Below, piece by piece: positions 53,540 through 64,000 of a stretch of DNA of 64,000 bases. The translations under genes were made by a program, and so were the position numbers. The notes under the pieces were generated by a model. The model had not been told where the DNA came from and did no database searches. It was given only the letters and a program-made list of their open reading frames with translations. The stretch's first letter is position 1. Each line of letters starts with the position of its first letter. This stretch comes from an uncultured Gemmatimonadaceae bacterium (GTDB lineage Bacteria > Gemmatimonadota > Gemmatimonadetes > Gemmatimonadales > Gemmatimonadaceae). The stretch spans positions 96,001-160,000 of the forward strand of contig CAVXGK010000002.1 in NCBI GenBank assembly GCA_963761305.1. The letters are read 5' to 3'.

Positions 53540-54949
53540 TTAGGTGATGAGTCGCAGATGGAACGACTTCGGTCGCGTGAACGTCTCGACGCCGAGTCGC
53601 GAGAGTGTACATCCTCGGCCCGAATCCTTCACACCCGTCCACGCCAGCGCCGGGTCCAGGTAGTCGCACCGATTCATGTACCACGTTCCCGTTTCGATGT
53701 GATCGCCGATGTAAAGAGCGGCCTCGGCGTCCGTGGTCCACACGGAGGACGTGAGACCGTAGCGGCTGTCGTTGATGAGGCGGACCGCTTCCTCGTCTCC
53801 GTCGACAGGCATGACGGCCATCACGGGCCCGAACGTCTCTTCGCGCATCACGCGCATGTCGTGGCTGACGTTCGTGAGAATGACCGGAGCCATGTAGGCC
53901 GTGCCCGGTTGCTCCGCCGCGAAGCGAGCGCGATCGATCGGCGCTTTGGCGCCCGACCGGATCGCGTCGTCGACTTGACCGCGCACGGACTCGGCGGCAT
54001 CGCTCCTCACCATCGGTCCGATGGTGGTTTTCGGATCGCGCGGATCGCCGAGTACGTAGGTATTCGTCAACGCGACGGCCGCGTCGACGAAACGATCATG
54101 GATTGTTCGATCGACGTAGACTCGCTGCACAGAGCAACACGACTGCCCCGCGTTGAAGAACGCGCCGTCGACGATGTTGTCGACCGCATGGTCGAACGCG
54201 ACATCGGCGCGCACGTAGGCCGCGTCCTTGCCGCCCAGCTCGAGTCCCGCACCGATGAAACGATCGGCGGCCGCGCGCTGCACCGCGTGACCGCCACCCA
54301 CCGAGCCCGTGAAGGCGACGAACGCGACTCGCTCGTCGCCGACCATTCGTGCGACCTGATCGTGCTCGACATGCAAATACTGAAACACACCGTCGGGCAA
54401 CCCCGCCGCGGCGAACGCTTCCGCATACCGCTCGGCCACGAGCGGCGTCTGTTGCGCCATCTTCAGAATGACGGCATTGCCGGCCAGCAGCGCGGGGACG
54501 ATCGCGTTCACCGACGTGAGCCAGGGATAATTCCACGGCGCCAGCACGAGCACGATGCCGAGCGGCGCGCGTCGAATGAATTTATGGAAGTTGTGAGTGT
54601 GCTCGACCTCAATGTCGGCGAGCGCGGAGGCGGCGATGCCCGCCATGTAGCGGGCACGCTCCTGAAACCCGCGCGTGATCTCGAACGGAGTGTGCGCGAT
54701 CGGGCGTCCCATCTGCGACGTGAGCTCCGCCCCCAGCTCGTCCGCGCGCGCGACGCACCAGTCGACCGCGCGGGTGCAGACGGCCGCGCGCTCTGCGACG
54801 GGGACGTGTGCCCAGCGCCGCTGCGCATCCGCGGCACGCGCGAGTGTCGCGTCAATCTCGGCATCGGATGCGATCGGACGCTCGACGATGACGGACCCAT
54901 CGATCGGCGTGATCGTTCGCAGCACGCGGTCCGTCGCAGTGGCGCTCAT
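53540..54949 (-). CDS. Aldehyde dehydrogenase
   Basis: APWNYP, FTGS, LELGGK, NAGQSCC, EETFGP; true start MSATA at 54949. Confidence 0.95.
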   Translation of the reverse strand: MSATATDRVLRTITPIDGSVIVERPIASDAEIDATLARAADAQRRWAHVPVAERAAVCTRAVDWCVARADELGAELTSQMGRPIAHTPFEITRGFQERARYMAGIAASALADIEVEHTHNFHKFIRRAPLGIVLVLAPWNYPWLTSVNAIVPALLAGNAVILKMAQQTPLVAERYAEAFAAAGLPDGVFQYLHVEHDQVARMVGDERVAFVAFTGSVGGGHAVQRAAADRFIGAGLELGGKDAAYVRADVAFDHAVDNIVDGAFFNAGQSCCSVQRVYVDRTIHDRFVDAAVALTNTYVLGDPRDPKTTIGPMVRSDAAESVRGQVDDAIRSGAKAPIDRARFAAEQPGTAYMAPVILTNVSHDMRVMREETFGPVMAVMPVDGDEEAVRLINDSRYGLTSSVWTTDAEAALYIGDHIETGTWYMNRCDYLDPALAWTGVKDSGRGCTLSRLGVETFTRPKSFHLRLIT

Positions 54950-55719
54950 TCCGGTGTCACATACGCGGCGGTGATGCCTCCGTCCACGAGCAACTCCGCG
55001 CCGGTCACGAAGGACGAATCGTCGGAGGCGAGAAAGAGCGCCGCTTTCGCGATCTCCGACGCCTCGCCGAATCGCCCCATCGGGATGTGGACGAGGCGTC
55101 GGTTTCGTTTGGCGTCGGTATCGAGAAAGCTCATGAGGAGCGGCGTCTTGAGCGGGCCCGGGCAGAGCGCGTTCACACGGATGTTCTCGCGCGCGTGAAT
55201 GACGGCCAGCTCGCGCGTCATCGAGAGCACCGCGCCCTTGCTCGCGGTATACGCGATCTGCGGCGTTGCGGCGCCGAGCTTGGCGACGAACGACGCGGTG
55301 TTGATGATCGATCCGCCGCCGGATCGCCGCAGGGCAGGGATGCCGAACTTGCAGCCGAGGAACACGCCGCGGGCGTTGATCGCCATCGTCAGGTCCCACG
55401 TGTCCTGACTCGTCGCGATCGCGTCGTCGTCCGACGAATGCATGATGCCGGCGTTGTTGAACAGCACGTCCAACCGGCCGAATGCCTGTTCGGCGTGCGC
55501 GACCATCGCCTCGCCGTCCTTCGCCGAGGAGACGTCGGCGTGGACATAGGACGCGCGGCCGCCATCTGCCGTGATCTGATCGACCGTCTGCCGGCCGGCG
55601 TCATCGACGACGTCGACGACGACGACCGCCGCGCCCTCACGCGCGAACAGCAGCGATGTCTCGCGTCCGATACCGCTGCCGCCGCCGGTGATCAGGGCGA
55701 CCTTGTTTGGCAGTCTCAT
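54946..55719 (-). CDS. Short-chain dehydrogenase/reductase
   Basis: TGGGSGIG, NNAG, YTASK, VDGG. Confidence 0.95.
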   Translation of the reverse strand: MRLPNKVALITGGGSGIGRETSLLFAREGAAVVVVDVVDDAGRQTVDQITADGGRASYVHADVSSAKDGEAMVAHAEQAFGRLDVLFNNAGIMHSSDDDAIATSQDTWDLTMAINARGVFLGCKFGIPALRRSGGGSIINTASFVAKLGAATPQIAYTASKGAVLSMTRELAVIHARENIRVNALCPGPLKTPLLMSFLDTDAKRNRRLVHIPMGRFGEASEIAKAALFLASDDSSFVTGAELLVDGGITAAYVTPE

Positions 55720-55737
55720 TGAGTCAGTGGCTGTTTT

Positions 55738-55773
55738 TGACGCGGAGTCGCAGAGTGACGCGGAGCCGCGGAG
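55738..55773. repeat. REP-like arm upstream of GxxExxY pseudogene
   Basis: tgacgcggagtcgcagagtgacgcggagccgcggag; partial inverted partner ccccgcgtctctgcgccaa at about 56085-56103. Confidence 0.75.
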
Positions 55774-55829
55774 ACGGACCGGCGCTGGCGATGACGTCCG
55801 GCTGACGTGATAGGCGGATATTTGGCGGC

Positions 55830-56077
55830 ATGCAGATCAATGACGTAAGTGGCCAGGTCGTCGACGCCGCCATAAAGGTTCATTCGGTGCTGGGTCCCGG
55901 ACTGCTCGAGGCGGCATACCAGGTGTGCCTTGCGCACGAACTGCGGAAGCGAGGACTCGCCGTTCGTCGCGAGGTTCGGCTGCCGGTGCGTTTCGAGGTA
56001 TCGCGTAGGGATGTTGATCAATTTCAACGTAGCCCCGCCTCAAAGACGGAATCGTGCGAAAGGTACATCATCTGTAG
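55830..56077 (+). pseudogene. GxxExxY family (PD-(D/E)XK-like) gene with internal deletion and frameshifts
   Basis: VHSVLGPGLLEAAYQVCLAHEL in one frame, YRVGMLINFNV in the next, RLKDGIVRKVHHL* in the third; central D-x-x-VE...ELK segment missing. Confidence 0.85.
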
Positions 56078-56157
56078 CGACGTCCCCCGCGTCTCTGCGC
56101 CAAGAATGTCACAAAGCTCTGTAAGGCTGAAAACAAAACAGGCTGAAGACAAACAGC

Positions 56158-56275
56158 TTGACGCAGAGGCGCTGAGGGAACTGAGAGACGCGGAGGACTT
56201 GGCCTAAGTCTTTGATGACAATGTTGCTCATTGGATCTCTCCGCGCCTCTGCGGTCCTCCGCGGCTCTGCGTCAA
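56158..56275. repeat. REP-like inverted repeat doublet downstream of GxxExxY
   Basis: Left ttgacgcagaggcgctgagggaactgagagacgcggagga; right reverse-complemented ttgacgcagagccgcggaggaccgcagaggcgcggagaga. Confidence 0.8.
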
Positions 56276-56312
56276 GTCTTGTTGGCCCTGCCAGAATGTC
56301 GACGCCTCTGAC

Positions 56313-57704
56313 TCAGATTCTTTCGAAGTAACGTTGAATCTCCCAGTCGGTGACGGCCATGTCGTAGGCGCGCTGTTCCGACCGGTAGAAATGGAGGTAG
56401 TGTTCGACGACGTCATCGCCGAACGCACGCTTCGCGAAGTCGCTCTGGCCGAAGCGCTCGGTTGCTTCGCCGAGCGTGTGCGGCACGCGGGGCAAATCCT
56501 GGGCGGCGTAGATGTCGCCGCTGAAATGGTCTGGCGGCTCGGTGTGATTGGCGATGCCGTCGAGGCCCGACGCCAACGACGCCGCGAACGCCAGATACGG
56601 ATTACAGTCGGCGCCGGGGAGGCGACACTCGATGCGCAGCCCCTCGCCGTCGCCGACGACTCGAAAGCCGGCGGTGCGGTTGTCGCGACTCCAGGCGAGA
56701 CGCGTCGGCGCCCAGGACGCGTCGACGTACCGCTTGTACGAGTTGACCGTCGGCGCGTAGAACACCATCACGTCCGGCACGCGGGCGATCCATCCGCCGA
56801 GGAACCAGCGAAACTCGTCGGAGCAATGGAGCGGGCCGAAGGGCGTGTTGCCGACGAACGCGTTGCGTCCGTCGCGCCACAGGCTGAAGTGAATGTGACA
56901 TCCGGAGCCGGCCTGGTTGGATCCGATCTTGGCCATGAACGTGACCGCAAGCCCCATGGAGTCGGCCAACTCTTTCATGCATTGCTTGAAGACGACGTGC
57001 CGGTCGGCCATCGTGAGCGTGTCGGCGTACCGGACGTTTACCTCGTGCTGCCCGCGGCCCCATTCGCCCTTGGAGTTCTCGACGGGCACGCCGGAGTCTT
57101 TGAGGTGCCGCCGCACGGCGCCGTGAAAGTCCTCGGTGCGCGCACCCTGCATCAGGTGATAATCCTCGAGGTACTGTCCGGCCGGCGTCAGGTCACGAAG
57201 CCCCCCACTGGAAACGGCAGCGTAGCTCGTGCGGAAGAGATAGTGCTCCAGCTCCGACGCGGCGAACGTGTCGAAGCCCAGCGCCCGCGCGGCGTCTGTT
57301 TGCGTTCGCAGAATCGATCGCGGCGCAACGCCGACGGGTGCGTGCGTCTTCACATCGTGCACGTCGCACAGGACGAGCGCCGAGCGTTGGAGCCAGGTGG
57401 CGGAACGGAGCGTCGTCAGGTCCGGCATGAGATGAAAGTCGCCGTACCCGAGTTCCCAGCTTGCGAAGCGATATCCGCGAACCGGCTCCATCTCCATGTC
57501 GGTCGTCAGGAGATAGTTGCATCCGTGCGCGCCGTCCTCGGCGATGCTCTCGACGAACATCTCGGCGTCGTACCGCTTGCCCATCAGGCGACCGTAGTGA
57601 TCGGTGAAGCCGACGACGACGGTGTCGATCGCCCCGGTGCGTATCCGAGTCCGTAGCTCCTCGAGCGTCAACATGCCGCGAATGTTCTCGCGCGCGTCGG
57701 TCAT
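56313..57704 (-). CDS. Glutamine synthetase-like gamma-glutamyl-amine ligase
   Basis: GRLMGKR, ELE, GQHEVN, TFMAK, GSGCHIHFS, NSYKR, DNRT, IECRLPGADCNPYL. Confidence 0.92.
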   Translation of the reverse strand: MTDARENIRGMLTLEELRTRIRTGAIDTVVVGFTDHYGRLMGKRYDAEMFVESIAEDGAHGCNYLLTTDMEMEPVRGYRFASWELGYGDFHLMPDLTTLRSATWLQRSALVLCDVHDVKTHAPVGVAPRSILRTQTDAARALGFDTFAASELEHYLFRTSYAAVSSGGLRDLTPAGQYLEDYHLMQGARTEDFHGAVRRHLKDSGVPVENSKGEWGRGQHEVNVRYADTLTMADRHVVFKQCMKELADSMGLAVTFMAKIGSNQAGSGCHIHFSLWRDGRNAFVGNTPFGPLHCSDEFRWFLGGWIARVPDVMVFYAPTVNSYKRYVDASWAPTRLAWSRDNRTAGFRVVGDGEGLRIECRLPGADCNPYLAFAASLASGLDGIANHTEPPDHFSGDIYAAQDLPRVPHTLGEATERFGQSDFAKRAFGDDVVEHYLHFYRSEQRAYDMAVTDWEIQRYFERI

Positions 57705-57903
57705 GTGCGAAACTCGCTCCGGTTGCGTGCCTTCCCGCCCCGCGGAAGCGGACGCAAGTACAGGGCCGGGAGAACGTATAGTCTAGTCGCGTCCTTCAAG
57801 ACCCGGGATTAGCCGGCCGTTCGTTCCGTCCTCCATCGACTCGACCGTGGCATCTTCAAGGGTCGGAGCCGCACCAACTACTATCACGCAACACGAGCCA
57901 CCC

Positions 57904-58908
<1,005 letters not shown>

Positions 58909-59018
58909 TGGGCGGCAGGGTCCGGGCGATCCTCGCCGGCACCGGCGATTTCGTTGTCACTTGATTGTTTCTCGGGCGTGGGTTGCCGGGCGCGCGGCCC
59001 GCGCTCATCATGTTGGCC

Positions 59019-60479
59019 ATGTCGAAATCTCCCTTCGAAGACGCGCTGAATCGACCGATCACGCGCCGTCGCCTGTTGAGCGCTTCGGCGCGCGCGGCGG
59101 CGGCCTCGCTCGCCGCCTCGCTCATGCCCGTGAACGTCCGGCGCGCGCTCGCGCAGCCGGTGCGCACCGGGCAACTGAGCGACATCAAGCACGTCGTGCT
59201 GCTGATGCAGGAGAATCGATCGTTCGACCACTACTTCGGCACGATGGCCGGCGTGCGCGGGTTCAACGACCCCGACGCGTTGCGACTTCCGAACGGCCGC
59301 TCGGTCTTCTATCAGCCGGACGCGGAGCATCCTGACGGCCACATGCTGCCGTTTCACCTGAACACCCGGACGACGAACGCCCAGAAGATTCCGTCGACGA
59401 ACCACGCATGGTCGGTGCAGCACGAGGCGTGGAACAACGGGAAGATGGACCAATGGCTTCCGGCGCATCGCAAGGCGGACGGCCTGAACGGTCCCTACGT
59501 GATGGGCTACTATACGCGCGCCGACATTCCGTTTCAGTTCGCGCTGGCCGAGGCGTTCACCGTTTGCGACGCGTCGCACTGCTCGGTGCTCGGACCGACG
59601 TGGCCGAATCGGATGTATTGGATGACCGGCACCATCGACCCTGAAGCCTCGGGGGGCGGCCCGATCTTCGACAACACGATTCCGCACGATCGGTTTTATC
59701 ACTGGACCACCTACGCCGAACGGTTGGAGCAGGCCGGCGTCAGTTGGAAGGTCTATCAGCAAACTGATAATTACGGCACCAACGTGCTGGAGTATTTCGA
59801 GAACTTTCGGATGGCGCCGCCCGGCTCGCCGCTCTACGCCAAGGGAGTCGCGCGCGGGCCCGAAGGCGAATTCGAGAGCGACGCGATCAACGACCGGCTT
59901 CCCACGGTGTCGTGGATCATGCCGACGAGCTTCCAGTCGGAGCACCCCAACTACATGCCCGCCGACGGCGCGGCCTTCGTCGCCAGCAAGATCGACGCGA
60001 TCGCCGCGAACCCCGACGTCTGGGCGAAGACGGCGTTCATTCTCACGTACGACGAAAACGACGGCCTGTTCGATCACGTCGCGCCGCCGGTGGCGCCCGA
60101 GGGCTCGCCGCTCGAGTTCCTGCACGGGCTTCCGATCGGCGCCGGCTATCGCGTTCCGACGATCGTCGTTTCGCCCTGGACCGCGGGTGGCTGGGTATCG
60201 AGCCAACCGTTCGACCACACGTCGTCGCTTCGACTGCTCGAGCGCATCACGGGTGTTGAGGAGCCGAACATCACCGAGTGGCGGCGAAAGACGTTCGGCG
60301 ATTTCACGTCGGTGTTCCGGTTCGATGACGCGAAGTCGGCGCCGCCGTCGCTGCCCGACACCAGTGGACCACTCGTGCTGGCACGTCGCGAGGCTACGTC
60401 GTTGCCGGCGCCGGCGTTGGTGGGGCAACCGCAGGCGCCGCCGTCACAGGAGACGGGAACGCGGCGGCGAGTGCCGTAG
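59019..60479 (+). CDS. Tat-exported phospholipase C / phosphoesterase
   Basis: TRRRLL Tat motif; IKHVVLLMQENRSFDHYFG, GPTWPNR, SEHP, YDENDGLFDHV, DHTS. Confidence 0.92.
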   Translation: MSKSPFEDALNRPITRRRLLSASARAAAASLAASLMPVNVRRALAQPVRTGQLSDIKHVVLLMQENRSFDHYFGTMAGVRGFNDPDALRLPNGRSVFYQPDAEHPDGHMLPFHLNTRTTNAQKIPSTNHAWSVQHEAWNNGKMDQWLPAHRKADGLNGPYVMGYYTRADIPFQFALAEAFTVCDASHCSVLGPTWPNRMYWMTGTIDPEASGGGPIFDNTIPHDRFYHWTTYAERLEQAGVSWKVYQQTDNYGTNVLEYFENFRMAPPGSPLYAKGVARGPEGEFESDAINDRLPTVSWIMPTSFQSEHPNYMPADGAAFVASKIDAIAANPDVWAKTAFILTYDENDGLFDHVAPPVAPEGSPLEFLHGLPIGAGYRVPTIVVSPWTAGGWVSSQPFDHTSSLRLLERITGVEEPNITEWRRKTFGDFTSVFRFDDAKSAPPSLPDTSGPLVLARREATSLPAPALVGQPQAPPSQETGTRRRVP

Positions 60480-60497
60480 TCCGACCGTAGCGCGCGA

Positions 60498-61328
60498 TCA
60501 GTTTCGAACGGCGAGCCACGGCACGCCGCGGTAGGAGTCCGCCACCATCCACGTGGCAGCCGTCAACGACCAAGAGCCGAGGATTTCGCCCCAGTCGGAC
60601 GCCGTGGGCCCGGCGATGATGACCGGCACCCAGACCAACACCGTGAACAGGGCGACCTGCACCGCCGAGAGCGTGACGGCGAGACGTCCGTACACGCCGA
60701 AGAGCGCCGCCACGCCTGCCGCGATGAAGGTGCCGCCGAAGAAGCACGCCCAGGCCAAGTGCCAGGGCAGCCACCCCGGCACCATGGAGACGGTTCTTTC
60801 GAGATATGTGAAGTGCGCTACGCCGAAGGGAATCAACCCAAGGCCGTAGAGCGCCGTCGCCAAGCGAAGCCCGTTGTCGCCGGTCGCGAAACTGAAACGC
60901 TGTCGATCCCGGTCGTCGGCGAACCATACGAACAGCACCCAGGCGGCCGCCGCCATCACCGCCGTGTCGCCCGTGGCCCACCACGCGCCGGTCGCTGTAG
61001 GCGCCCGGAAGATGACGGGGATCCTGAACAGCAGCATCCAAACCGCGAAAGCGGTGAGCAGCACGAGCGAGGAGATGCGGGCGGTGCGCCGCCAGAGTAA
61101 GCCGACGCCGGTTGCGATAGAAACGAAAGCGCTGAGATAGACGAGCGCCTCACGCGCCGGAAAACTCTTCGGCACTCCGGCCCATGTCGGGATGAAATCG
61201 TGTTGGGCGAAGCTCACGATTCCGAGGCCGACCATCGTCACCGCAAAGAACGCTTGCCCCGCGCTGGCGACGCCTACCGCCTGCGTACCCGCGCCGCCGA
61301 TCTCGTCGATTCGATCCGCGTATTCCAT
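60498..61328 (-). CDS. DoxX-like membrane protein with duplicated domain
   Basis: About 8 TM; FGVAHF and VPGWLP motifs; GAGG RBS. Confidence 0.7.
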   Translation of the reverse strand: MEYADRIDEIGGAGTQAVGVASAGQAFFAVTMVGLGIVSFAQHDFIPTWAGVPKSFPAREALVYLSAFVSIATGVGLLWRRTARISSLVLLTAFAVWMLLFRIPVIFRAPTATGAWWATGDTAVMAAAAWVLFVWFADDRDRQRFSFATGDNGLRLATALYGLGLIPFGVAHFTYLERTVSMVPGWLPWHLAWACFFGGTFIAAGVAALFGVYGRLAVTLSAVQVALFTVLVWVPVIIAGPTASDWGEILGSWSLTAATWMVADSYRGVPWLAVRN

Positions 61329-61510
61329 GGCTCACCTCTGCCGTAACGGCGTTTGACGTGCCGCGAATGATTATGAGGTCGTTCGCGCTCGATCGAAGCA
61401 CGCGTCGTCCCCGGGGGGTGTACGGATTTGGTATTCTTCGTGGTTGGCTATCCCAAGAGGCAGCGATTCATCCCCCACGAGCGTGAACGAAGAGTGTCGC
61501 AGGGAGGCAC

Positions 61511-62224
61511 ATGGACGTTGCAACGAAGAGACCGCGCGTGATTTGTCACATGGCGGCATCGATCGACGGGCGAATCGTGTCCGGCGGGTGGCCGCACTTC
61601 GACGCCGTGCGTCGCGAGTACGAGAAAGTGCACGCCAGCTACGAGTCCGACGGATGGATCTGCGGTCGAGTGACGATGGAACCGCTCGCAGGAGGCCTGC
61701 GCTCGGACGCCGAGGTTGCGATCGAGCACGACAGCGGGGCGCCGCGGGAGGACTTCCTCGCGCCGGGTCTGCACGAGTCGTTCGCGTTCGCGGTTGACGC
61801 GAGCGGCCGCCTGGCGTGGAGGTCGAACGATATCGACGGCGACCACGTGGTGGCGATTCTGTCGGAACGGGTATCTGACGAGTATCTCGCGTCGCTTCGC
61901 CAGCGCGGCGTGTCGTACCTTCTCGCGGGCCAGCAAGATGTCGACTTGCGCGTCGCCCTCGAGAAGGTCGGCTCACGCTTTGGCGTTCAAACATTGATGC
62001 TCGAGGGAGGCGGACGGATCAACGGGCACATGCTCGCCGCCGGTTTGATCAATGAGGTGAGCCTTCTCGTCGCGCCGGTCGCCGACGGACGGGTCGGCAC
62101 GCCCGCATTGTTCGACGTCGTCGGCAGTGACATCTCGGCGGTTGCGCTCAGGCTCGAGAACGTCGACAGGCGTGAGGGCGACATTCTCTGGTTGCGCTAT
62201 CGCGTTGAACCCGGCAGGGAGTGA
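61511..62224 (+). CDS. RibD C-terminal domain / DHFR-like reductase
   Basis: CHMAASIDGRI, GRVTME, LMLEGGGRING, INEVSLLVAP; GGAGG RBS. Confidence 0.9.
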   Translation: MDVATKRPRVICHMAASIDGRIVSGGWPHFDAVRREYEKVHASYESDGWICGRVTMEPLAGGLRSDAEVAIEHDSGAPREDFLAPGLHESFAFAVDASGRLAWRSNDIDGDHVVAILSERVSDEYLASLRQRGVSYLLAGQQDVDLRVALEKVGSRFGVQTLMLEGGGRINGHMLAAGLINEVSLLVAPVADGRVGTPALFDVVGSDISAVALRLENVDRREGDILWLRYRVEPGRE

Positions 62225-62237
62225 ACGACCGCGCCGT

Positions 62238-62693
62238 TTATTGAATCGCCTGGCCGAGTCCCACCACTTCGCCGCTCGCCAGCACGTGGTCCTTCATCGC
62301 GTCGGTCATCGCCGCGTCGAGCTTCGTGATGGTCGCCGGGATGTTGCCCATCGTCCAATGCAGGATCGGCAGGCCGTTCGAGTTGCGCATCATACCGTCC
62401 GCGTCTTGCATGATGATGGCGTACGACTTTGTCCCGGCGGGACCGGCCGTCCATGAAAGACCGGGGAACACGTTGCCCTTGTACTGCGTGTTCTCGAACG
62501 GGATGTCGCCGCCGTTTTTGAACGCCGGTGTGGTGACGGTAAGCGTCGCTCCACTCTTTGCCGGCAGGGTGACGAGCGCACGGGTGTTCGCCGCCACCTC
62601 CGTCGCGGCCGGCGGACTCTGGCCGCCGCACGCCGCGAGCACAACGAGAGGCATCGCGATCGTGGAACGAATGCTGAGAGCTCTCACGATCAC
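62238..62693 (-). CDS. YbhB/YbcL (PEBP) family lipoprotein, apparently internally deleted
   Basis: Lipobox [40 protein letters not shown]; GPxPP and HRY motifs absent. Confidence 0.7.
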   Translation of the reverse strand: MIVRALSIRSTIAMPLVVLAACGGQSPPAATEVAANTRALVTLPAKSGATLTVTTPAFKNGGDIPFENTQYKGNVFPGLSWTAGPAGTKSYAIIMQDADGMMRNSNGLPILHWTMGNIPATITKLDAAMTDAMKDHVLASGEVVGLGQAIQ

Positions 62694-62840
62694 ATGGAGG
62701 GCGGAATGCGGATTGAGTGGGAGAGGCGCTCCCCCTGGGCGCCGCTCAATCTACAGTCGACGCCGTGCCTCGTTGAGGGGCGGCCGTCGCCCCGCTATTT
62801 CTCGGCATCGGAGCTCACATCGCCAGACGAGAGGGAATAC

Positions 62841-63242
62841 ATGGACATCACGCGTGCGGAATCGCGGCCGTCGGCCAAAGCGAATCCTGATTGGTTCACC
62901 GGCGCGGTCCGCATCGATTCGCTGTTTCAGTCGGCGGCACCGGCACGCGCCGCCGGAGCCATGGTCACATTCGAGCCGCGGGCGCGAACGTCGTGGCACA
63001 CGCATCCGCTCGGACAGACGCTCATCGTCACCAGTGGTGTCGGGCGCGCGCAGCGAGACGGCGGCCCGATCGAGACGATTCGCGCCGGGGACGTGATCTG
63101 GTTCGCGCCAGGCGAGAAACATTGGCACGGCGCGTCGGCCACTACGGCGATGACGCACATCGCCGTTCAGGAGGCGGTGAACGGAAGTTTCGTCGATTGG
63201 CTCGAGAAGGTGAGCGACGAACAATACGGCGCTGGGGCGTGA
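62841..63242 (+). CDS. Cupin domain protein
   Basis: [36 protein letters not shown]. Confidence 0.92.
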   Translation: MDITRAESRPSAKANPDWFTGAVRIDSLFQSAAPARAAGAMVTFEPRARTSWHTHPLGQTLIVTSGVGRAQRDGGPIETIRAGDVIWFAPGEKHWHGASATTAMTHIAVQEAVNGSFVDWLEKVSDEQYGAGA

Positions 63243-63324
63243 GAACACGCGAGCCGAACGGCTCGCCAACGCAAGGTGCGGCGCGTATATACTGTGCCCA
63301 GGTCCCAAGCCTGGAGCGTTCGTC

Positions 63325-64000
63325 GTGTTCTCGCGCGCACCCCGCTGTCTCTCGCTCGCTTCACTTCTCTCGGTCGTCTCCCTCGGCGTCGTCGCCGCAC
63401 AAACGTCGGTCATTCTCCCCGGCCCGTCGGGCCGAGCGAAAACCAAGTTCGAGATTCGCGTCCCCGCGTCGGTGCGCGGCGAGCCGCTCACCGGTCGCGT
63501 CTACATCGTCATCGGCACTGACAGCACGCGCGAGCCGCGCACGCAGATAGGACGCGTCGGCACGCCGCTGTTCGGGCACGACGTCGACCGTCTCGCGCCG
63601 GGCGCTCCCGCGACGATCGACGGCAGCGACCTCGGCACGCCGGTGTTCGACATGGCGGACATTCCCGCCGGCGACTACTGGATCCAGCCGTTCGTGAACG
63701 TCTACTCGGAGTTCAAGCGCGCCGACGGCCACGTGCTGTGGATGCACGACGACCAGTGGGAAGGGCAGAACTGGGCGCGCTCACCGGGCGACATCTACGG
63801 CGCGCCGCAGAAGGTGCACTACGATCCGAAGGCAAGCGCCGTCGTGAAGCTCGTCGCCGACAAAATCCTTCCGCCGATCGCGATTCCGGCCGACAACGAG
63901 TTCGTGCAACGGTTCAAGTTCCAGAGTCCGTCGCTCACCAAGTTCTGGGGACGCCCGATCTACCTCGGCGCGACCGTGTTGCTGCCGCGTGACTACAAGA
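63325..64000 (+). CDS. N-terminal part of a secreted protein, probably alpha/beta-hydrolase (esterase) family; truncated by window
   Basis: Not in ORF track. GTG start with GGAG; open to the window end: KFEIRVPASVRGEPLTGRVY...DQWEGQNW...SLTKFWGRPIYLGATVLLPRDY. Confidence 0.7.
   Translation, partial: MFSRAPRCLSLASLLSVVSLGVVAAQTSVILPGPSGRAKTKFEIRVPASVRGEPLTGRVYIVIGTDSTREPRTQIGRVGTPLFGHDVDRLAPGAPATIDGSDLGTPVFDMADIPAGDYWIQPFVNVYSEFKRADGHVLWMHDDQWEGQNWARSPGDIYGAPQKVHYDPKASAVVKLVADKILPPIAIPADNEFVQRFKFQSPSLTKFWGRPIYLGATVLLPRDYK

Noticed and set aside
55830..56207. Intact 125-aa GxxExxY protein
   Set aside because: Similarity stops after about 55 aa; remaining family motifs lie in two other frames

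Overview
High-GC bacterial chromosomal segment. The gene families (PadR/ADOP permeases, Ser/Thr kinase fused to a TolB-like propeller, RGG-rich S9 peptidase) suggest Gemmatimonadota or an Acidobacteriota-like soil organism; this is inference only. In order: (1) 1-8.2 kb, a minus-strand operon of DUF4956, an SdiA-regulated lipoprotein and two tandem Omp85-like proteins with an atypical-kinase-like N-terminus, plus a divergent phosphoesterase and TonB-dependent receptor. (2) 8.2-27.5 kb, a large K+/cation homeostasis island: two convergent CPA1-antiporter/Kup cassettes produced by a duplication that left a kdpD scar, a split KdpD, a catalytically degenerate histidine-kinase-like gene, kdpE, kdpFABC with an extra small membrane ORF and a porin, and two promoters sharing an identical 11-22-11 bp repeat architecture. 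(3) S9 peptidase, tRNA-Gly(CCC), cupredoxin, chrA, higBA, ABC-F. (4) LLM, DUF4331, MFS/MarR, isochorismatase. (5) A partly decayed PadR/ADOP cluster. (6) Amidohydrolase, kinase, two 21-bp arrays and a MITE-like element. (7) A gamma-glutamylation operon interrupted by a GxxExxY pseudogene flanked by REP-like inverted repeats that also occur without a gene at 34.6 kb. (8) Assorted enzymes. No CRISPR, rRNA, integrase or transposase was seen. All family calls come from motif recognition by eye; no database search was run.
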